Source of the DNA: Lineus longissimus
Taxonomy: Eukaryota
Reading direction: 5' to 3'
NCBI RefSeq assembly: GCF_910592395.1
Contig: NC_088308.1
Coordinates: 1,426,001 to 1,490,000 of the forward strand
DNA: 64,000 nt
Shown here: piece by piece, positions 52,701 through 61,700 of the stretch
How the letters are laid out: every line of letters starts with the position of its first letter
Numbering within the stretch: position 1 is the first letter of the stretch
The notes under the pieces: model-generated
What the model was told of the DNA's origin: nothing
Database searches by the model: none
The model's input: the letters and a program-made list of their open reading frames with translations, nothing else
Position numbers and translations under genes: made by a program

Positions 52701-55700
52701 GAGCTATCCGAAACTGTTGTCAAGCAATATATTGTGGTCAAGATTAATTCACCAATAAACCCTTTCAGGACAGGCAAGTCATTTGTATTCCATGTGTTGC
52801 TGAATACTAAAATCAGACAAAATGTCAGCATACCTTTTGGCATGGGGCTCTGTCCACAGCAATTGTCCAAAGCTGTTTCAGCTTGAGGACTTTGAATCAA
52901 CACTGCGGTTGGCAAAAGTTTGAACAGAATTTCCAGATATCGCATCCCTCTATGGGAGGACAACATACTTCTGAACAACTATTGCAATTTGCCACCGATC
53001 GGCAAGGGTTAAATCATTAAAGTGAGATAAGAAACTAGACAGCGGCCAAATGACATTAGGAATTCCTTGAGGATTTGATGAAGGAACTGGTAAAAAATGC
53101 GTCTACAAGAACACTAATGCTACTCTCAGAAAGACTTGGACAAAAATGTAGCAGAAGAAGACACAATGGTTCCGTCATCTCCCTTGAGGATAATTTCAAT
53201 GTTTTTTAGACATTCTGAGATTGACGTCCGCCTCGGAATAAACCGTGTAATGGAGCTTTTCGCTCTCCTTTGCAGCAGAGAGAGAGTTGCAAGCTGGGGA
53301 ACAGAGAGATATTTTGAAGCTGTTGTATGGATTGGTCAGAAGGCAAAATCAACACATTTTAGGCTTGACACAACATGGTAGCCATTTGGGGTTTTCTCAA
53401 CCAACTTGGATGCAAGGAAAAGTGCAGATCCCACCTCTGAAAGAGGCTGTTTTGGATGACATACTCTGAGAAAAAAAAGGTATATTTTCTTGGTTGTCTA
53501 CAACCGAAGGGGCCAACAGGCCATAAAAGTCAAGGAGACACAAGTGAGTAGAGAGAGTCACAAGCACGCGACACGGTCTCCGCCTCCGAACAATTATGGA
53601 AAAACATGCCTTCCTCAAGATATCAATAAAACATCCTAGCCTAATGGACAAAAAATACCACAGAACTAGAGAAGGAATGTCTTACTGTAAGTGGGTATCA
53701 CAAGGCACATACTGAATTCACTTTTTTATCAGCTAAGGTTATAAAGATCATCATGGCGGGTATCTCAGGACCAAATGGGAGAATGAATTTGTCAGAGACT
53801 TGTGAGAAAAAGGTGTGAACCAATAAAGTCTGTCCCATTTTTCAACACTCTCTGACTTTTTTTTGTCACCAGGCCGGGCTACTATGCTTCGTGCCTAAGA
53901 CCTTCATGTAGCAATTTTCTCTGTCTGCATTTTTCCCTTTTTGAACAGACCAGATGAGATGTCACAATCCTACCTTATCACATAGTCTGCGCTGATTCCT
54001 GCTATAATACCTCCCTACACGTTTACGCTTCCTTCTGAATGGACGGCGCATCACAACAAAGTCCAACAGTACCATCCTGGAATATCCCAAACTTATCAAA
54101 CCGAAAAACCCAGTACCAGAAACCTCAACTAGACCAATGTTTTGCAAGTACAGATTTGACCCTTTTCATAATACTTCAATCTGAACAACTAATTGAAACA
54201 GGCCTATTTGAATACCAACCAATCAAATTAAAGTATAGATGAGTAAACATCCTTTATGATGACAGGGAATTATTTCCTGTTACTTCAAGTTCAACTAATT
54301 CCCATTTCCTGTGGAAATGTGATTTTATTAGTTCATACCTACCCAGGTCAGACTTTTGCATATGTACTCATATCGGATCTACCCGAGGAATTATTTAACT
54401 AATTACATTAGAAAATAACCAGCCAGTTCACAAGGCTACGTCCAGGCGGCGCCCCTGTACAGCCCATCAACCGTGCAAGCCGCCATATTGCCAGTACTTT
54501 TTACTCAAGCAACTCAAGTAAGTCCCGTTGCTGTGGGGACGGACGGGTGGGCAGTCTGACCTGGGTAGGTATGAACTAATAAAATCACATTTCCACAGGA
54601 AATGGGAATTTTATGTCGTTCATACTCTACCCAGGTCAGACTTTTGCATCGAATACCAACAACCTAAGGAAGGTGGGTAAACGTGACTTACCATGTAGCG
54701 ACGTGAACTGTCTCCAAGCCGCATAGCAGAACCCAACGGGTGAGACCGGGATAACCAGACCAAAGAGAAATGGGGATGCTCATGGCTCAACGGTCAGGCC
54801 ACCATATAAAAGAATAATGGAAAGGCCCTAAGGTTATCAACTACCCCCTAGAGTAAGGTAGCACATCGCATGGTACTTGCTCAGCACACACCTCGCCAAA
54901 AGAATGTGTGGACTTAAGAGGGTAACCACCCTCTGCGTGCGGGGACAACCCACAAAGTCTAGGCGGCTCAACCTAAGACATCCGGACGGGGCACATGCAC
55001 AGGGGAACCACGTCCCGGCATGAATGTCCGCACCTCCCCCCCATCTTTAGAGGGAAGGACGGAGAATCCGGAGTGAGGAGTCCGGCGGGTAGGCTAGGCA
55101 GGGAGAACCTAGACTACGTGCTGAGCAGCGACGATTGGACCGAGAGACAGCATACCGTCAGTCATCACGGAACAATCGCGCATATAATGTTGGGAGAAAG
55201 TGGAGTGAGAACTCCACGTCGCCGCCTCCAAGACCTCGTTCAAGGCGACTCCCCTATATTCGGCCCATGAAGTCGAGATGGCACGAATCTCGTGGGCCGT
55301 CACGGAACCCAGGCGGCGAAGCTCCGGAGACTGAAGAGTCATGGAGTAGGTCTGCCGGATGGTGGCCACCAACCATCTGGCGACCGTGGCGGGCGCAATC
55401 TCCCGTGTGAATCCCTCGCGATAAGACAGAAAAAGACGCTTTCTGCCGAGACGGACGGCAGGGTCTTTGGTCTTATCGACATAGAACCTCAAGGCCCGGA
55501 CGGGGCAGAGAGTTCTATCCGGGAGGTCTCGAGAGACCACCCTGGAAAGGGATGGAATAAGAACCGGGCGCCTGGAGGTGGAAGGCGCCTGGTTCTTCGC
55601 AATAAAGCCTGGGACAAATTCTAGGACCGCGCCCCTCTCATTGAAGGCTAGCTTGTCAAAAGCTAGGGCATGGAGCTCGGACCGTCTCTGGGCCGTAGCT

Positions 55701-58700
55701 AAGGCCACCAAGAAGACGGTCTTAAAGGTAAGATGCTTCCTATCTGCTAGGTGCAAGGGCTCGAATGGAAATCTCATAAGAGCCCGTAACACCACCGAGA
55801 GATCCCACTTGGGGACGCAATGTAAGGAGCGGGGACGCTCCAGAGACATGTTGCGAAGCAACGATGACAAGGCGTCGTCCCAAGCCGGTTGCCAGGAGCC
55901 TGTCAGTCTAAGGGTGACGGCAATGGCAGAGCGATAGCCCTTAACCCCCTGGACCGAAAACTTCCGAACCGTAAACAAAAAGTTTAGGAAATCGAGGAAG
56001 TTGGGAAGAGTGGGAGCGATCGGAGAAACTCCGTGCTCTCCGCACCAGTCTCGAAAGACGAGCCACTTACTGTCGTATGATGTAAGGGTAGACTGTCTCT
56101 GAGGCTGAGCGACTTTTCGGATAACGTCCTCCGAAAAGCCTCTCTCTCGGAGGAAATGCCCGATAGTCTCCAGGCGTGAAGCCTGTAGAAAGAAGGGTCC
56201 TGATGGTAGACCCGGCCTATCGGGTGATATAGCAGGCGGTCCCACTCCGGCAATCTGCGGGGGTGGTCCGTCAGGAGCTCCAGCAACACCGGGAACCAAG
56301 CTTGGTTCGGCCAACAAGGGGCGATCAGGCAAAGCCTGACGCGCGATGAGGCCACTTTGTTCAGAACCGGCAGCAACAGAGGGGTTGGCGGGAATGCATA
56401 AGCATTGAGGCCGTCCCAGGAGGCCGACAGGCTGTCTACTCCCAAGGCCTCGTCGTCCGGGAGAGGGGAGTAATACAGGGTGAATCTCTTGTTGAGGCGA
56501 GTGGCGAAAAGGTCCACAATCGGCGCATCCCACATCCCGGCCAGCCGGGACACAATCTCCTGATGGAGGGTCCACTCGGTCTGGACTAAGCGATCGGCTC
56601 TGGAGAGAGCATCCGCCAGGATGTTCCTCTTGCCGGGGATGTGACGGGGGAAGAGCTGGATGTCCAGCCGACGACAAAATTGTAGGAGGTCCCATGTCAG
56701 ACGACACAGAGTGTCGGACCTCGTTCCCCCTTGTCTCCGAATATAGGCGACGACAGTCGAGTTGTCGGAGAACAGAGATACCCTGTGACCCCGTAACCGG
56801 GACGAAAAGGCCTTCACGGCTAGGATGACAGCCTGCATTTCGAGAATATTGATCGAAAGGCGAGACTCCTCCCCTGACCACGTGCCCTTGGTGGTCAGGT
56901 CGCCCTCGTTCAGGTGAGCCCCCCATCCGAAGAGGGAGGCGTCCGTGAAGAGGGACATCTGGGGGGGTAACGGACGGAGCTGCACCCCGCGGAGGAGCTC
57001 CGTCCCCGTCCCCCAGAACCTCCAAACGTCCTCCAGTAGCATGGAAGGGAGTGCTACTGCTCGATCGAGTGGGTCCGAGAAGGGGCGCCAACTCGAGAGT
57101 AGGAGGAGCTGGAGGGGGCGCATATACAGGCGACCGAGAGGAACCTGGTCCGCCGCCGAATTGAGCAGGCCCAGCAGGGACAGGAACTGTCTGGCTGTGG
57201 CGCTGTCTCGACGACGGAAAGCCCGAATCAGAGACCGGATCTTGGTGACCCGGTCCTGAGGTGGGGACATGAGGCCCTCTCTGGTACGGAAACGTACTCC
57301 CACGAAGACAAAATCCTGAGACGGGTCTAGCTCGGATTTTTCTAAGTTTGTTATCCACCCGGCCTGGGTCGCCGTCTTGAGCAAGAACCGAGTCTGCTTG
57401 AGAAGACGGGGACGGGATTGGCAACGCAGCAGCCAGTCGTCTAAGTAGCAATGGAGCTTGAAGCCCAAGGCGTGAAACGGGGCGGCGAACGCCCTGACGA
57501 CGGTTGTGAAAATAAGCGGAGCGGAAGCCAGGCCGAAAGGCAAGGCCTGAAACTGATAAATTTTGCCTTCGAAGTAAAAGCGAAGGAAATGTTGAAAGTC
57601 TGGATGGACTGGGATGTGAAAATACGCATCCTGCAAGTCCATGGAGACGGCCCAATCGTCGGGCTGCACCGCTGTTGCCACTGACCTTGTTGTTTCCATC
57701 CTGAAACTGGGTACCCTGAGGAACCGGTTCAGGCTGGACAGGTCTATGACCAATCTCCATTTTCCCGACTTCTTCGGAACCAAGAAGATGTGGCTGTAAA
57801 AGCCCGGGGAGGAGTGGTCTTCCACCACCGTGACAGCCTCCTTCTGGAGGAGGGAGTTGACCTCGGACCGAAGGGCTTCGGCCCTGGCCGGGTCCACGGG
57901 GGGTAATACCGGGTGGGGAGTCGATGTCGTTGGGGGAGGATGGGCAAAATCGAGGCGAACCCCGTGCCGGAGCATGTCCGGGACTGGGGAGCCTTTTTGA
58001 CACCATCCGACCCAAAAGGCTGCGAAATGGCGCAGTCGGCCCCCAACGACAGAGTCCGAGGGAGTGTCGCCTATTAGCGCCCGAGGAGAAGGTGACAAGT
58101 CACCGACGCCTGCCCCCGCGACCCTTCCGCTGTTGTGGCCGGAAGGGGCGCTTGGGCTGCCCGCCACCTCCGCCCTGACCTGAGGAGCGGTGGCGCTTAT
58201 TGGAGGGGCGGGCTGGAGCCGCAGCTTCTGTCTGCCCTCGGGGACGAAAAGACCCGGAGGAGCCCTGCGAGGCCGAGGGCCCACGAGAGGCCGACGCACC
58301 CCGGGGGCGTCTAAACTCCGGCTGACGTCCCCGGCCCGCGGACCATGAAGAGGAACGCGGGTGGGGGGCCTGTCTGGGGGGAGCAGGGTCCCCCTCACGA
58401 CTCTTATCCGACTCGCGCTGAGCCCCTAAGGTATCAGGCAGCGAATCGTGGAATAAGAAGGGACCGCCCAAAGGGGCGGTCCGCAAGGCCCCGCGCAGAA
58501 ACTGGGCGCGGACCACACTCAGCCCCTCGATGAGGAGGTCCCGGCGCTTCAGCACCGCGTTGGCTGCTTGTTTGGCAGCTAAGTCACTGGCATGTTGCAG
58601 TGACTGCTGTAAGGACATAGCCAGGATGCGTTGCTCATCCGTGGCGTCCGCAGCCAACGACCTGGACAGGGCACAGAGCGTCAAGTCGGCGTACGATAAC

Positions 58701-61700
58701 ACCGACTGCGTCTCCTTGGCCAGGGCCTCATCGTTCTTGGCATCCCTCATAGGAGCAGACGTGAGGACTTTCGGAACGACCAACCCGGCGAGCTGCACAT
58801 CATCCCTCAAGGGGATGAGTGAGACCGGGTCAGTCCCCGACGGCGATACTCTATAGTATTCTGGCCTATACGAAGGACTGTGAGGGGAAGTGGCCGTGAA
58901 GCGCTTCCCCGCCTTCGTCCAGGCTCCCGGTCCAGTCGACGGCAAAGTCGAGACCAGGGAGCGCTGGTGGCCCCCGCAGGACGGCGCCGTGTCCCTAAGC
59001 GTTGAATCGAGCCAATGAGAGGCTCTGATCAAGGCAGGGGAGGGGGGCAACTCATCGAGTGCCCGGTCCGGCACGGCAGCCAAGTCCGGCTCGTCGGCAT
59101 CCCCGAAAAGATCGAAGGGAGCACGGCCGAGCGCGGGGTTGACCGGCGGGAGAGGACAATGCTCGGTCGGCACGAACTGCCGGACGAGCGCGCGAAGATC
59201 GCGCATCCCAGCCACAATGGTGGGGTCCTCTGTTCCAGAGGGGCAGTCAGCCTGAGGGGCCTGCCCGATGGAAGATTGCGACTCATCGAATTGATAGTCG
59301 ACCTCCATGGGGACTTGGGGCAGCTCAAAGGCCACTGGTCTCCCGGCCTGCTGCTGAGGGGCCCTATCTGAGAGATTTTTGGTCTCCAGATGGGCAGCCA
59401 AACTCTGCAGGACCTGACGCTGCTGGGCCGTAAGGCCCGGTGCGATAGGCCGGGGATCCTGTCTGGACATACCTGGGGCAGGCAGGGATGGCGGGGGGCT
59501 ACTCACCACAAAGGGGGTGGAGCTCAGACCCGCAGAGCCAGACAGGGAGGGACGGGGTCGCACCGGCGAAATCGTGGGGCGAACCCTCCCGACGTCCGGA
59601 CAGACCCTAGGGTCTCTAGAACGGACGTAATGCCCCATTGTCGCACCCCTACCCCAGGGGGGTAGGTCACCTCCGTGCGAGACAAGAGGGGGCGGCAGAA
59701 CAGGGGGGGTGACGCCCGAGTCTGCAGTAACCCACGGGGAGGCGGTCGACGTCCTCAGAAGGGGACGGAAATTGGGGTGAGCCGCCTGCCAGGCCTCATA
59801 ACCCGATGGGATACGCCCCGTCGCCTCAGAGCGGTCAGATGTGACGGTGTGATCTGACGAGACAGTCACAACCGAAGACACTGCCGGAGGCACATCCAAC
59901 CCGGAGGAGGACGGGGGACGACCCAATGCCGCAGCAGGGGGGTCCCGACGGGGGAGGGCGGAGGAAACCCGGCCAGGTGGGGGCTTAGACGTGACTAAGG
60001 ACTCCACGGCCGGTAGCCGGAGGAGTTCCTGAATCAGGAGGTCTGCCTCCAGCGGGGTATGCTCCACGCCCAGGGGATCGGGACGCAAAGCGTCCAGAGT
60101 CCCGCTCACTTCGACCCCCTGTGAAAGGGGGGAGGAGCCAATCTCCCTAGGGGGCGCCCCGATGAGGGGGTCACCGGCGCTCAACCTAGGAGAGAACCCG
60201 GGGGGCACACCTCCGAATGGAGGGTGCCCGGCCCGAGCCCCGGAGTCGGGCGCCGAAACGGCGCCAGAGCTCTGGGGGCCTCGCCCCCGCTGAGAAGAAA
60301 CAGCGGAGGGGGACTTAGAAGAGGCCGCACCAGACTTTCTGGGGCCTCTCCGGGTCGGCTTCTGCTTCTTCGACGGCCGAGGGGCCGGAGAAGCAGAAGG
60401 CAGCGTCCCGGCAGCGGACGAAACCGCAGTCGCCGAGTCCGACGGGGCGGACTGGCGAGCCGGGGACGAACCGGGACGGGGACTAATAATCCCCGATACA
60501 CCGGCACCCGGGCACCTGAATACCCAGAAGGGTAACAGGCCCAATAAGAGGGCTGGAAAGCCCAATAAGGACAAGAAGGACGCTAACAAGAGCGGCAGAG
60601 CCAGCATCTTGAGAGGCCACACAAAGAAAGTGAACGATAAGAAAAACTTGGATTTATTTGGTCACGTGACCGGAGCCTGGAGCGAGAAAAATTTTTGGGA
60701 GAACGGCGAAGAAAAAGCGTTCTAAGTGACGAATTCAGAGAAAGATGGGTAAAGGAATGGTCTCACCCGCTTCCTGAAATCGGCAGCTCCAAAACGGACG
60801 TCCGGGGGAGGATCCTTCTCAATACTGTCGCGGGGGAATCAACGCAAACAGCAGCAGAAACTCGGTGCTTGTGATACAAGGCGCCGAGGAAAAAGTACTG
60901 GCAATATGGCGGCTTGCACGGTTGATGGGCTGTACAGGGGCGCCGCCTGGACGTAGCCTTGTGAACTGGCTGGTTATTTTCTAATGTAATTAGTTAAATA
61001 ATTCCTCGGGTAGATCCGATATGAGTACATATGCAAAAGTCTGACCTGGGTAGAGTATGAACGACATAAAATCAGTCTATCACAGATCTACTCAAGTGGG
61101 ACAAGAAGAATACAAAAGTTGGGAGGACATATGTAGGCCTCTGCCAATCTTGCTTCCGAAAATGGTCAATTGCTGACAGGACAATCATTCTTTGATACAC
61201 AAGATACACATTTTGTGCCAGTTCTTCATACCTGAAGCCCAACTCCTCTTCATCCAACTGATTTTCAGATCGAGCAACCGTATGGTCCCTCTAATCTTAC
61301 CCACCCAAAAAACATTTTTCAGGAGACATACCTGTCACATTTGCACTGTCAGCAATAAAGCCATGATCTTGGTCAACATCAACAAACAGCATTTGCACAC
61401 ACAAATATCGAATTGGGAAAACAGCCAATATCAAAAGGGGACTTGTCAACAAAGCTGCATCTTTGACATCTAATGTTGCCTCCTACATGTCTTTTATGGC
61501 ACTTTGCCGTCGGACTTCCTGAGTGTCAATCATGAATATTATCAGGCAGGAAGCATCAGTAAGTGATTGTCTTCCACTCAGAGAACATCCGCTCTTACGT
61601 CATTGCAACAAGGGACAACTAACAACGAGCCATGTACTACGGTACTACCCAGGAAGTCTCCAACTACAAATCAGGCCAAATGGTGTCACCTTGCAGGACC

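Larger units (their letters stand above)
54297..61072 (-). mobile_element. Full-length DIRS1-type tyrosine-recombinase retrotransposon (6776 bp)
   Basis: Identical 164-bp inverted repeats, an internal complementary region, ATT trinucleotide at both ends, and three uninterrupted ORFs (gag, RT-RH-MT, YR). Markedly GC/CpG-rich relative to the flanks. Confidence 0.97.

Noticed and set aside
52571..53470. Medium-length ORFs in the large RAPGEF intron
   Set aside because: No recognisable motifs, interrupted by stops, and no coherent splice model.
54995..60535. Multiple short plus-strand ORFs inside the DIRS element
   Set aside because: Expected antisense shadows of GC-rich coding sequence.
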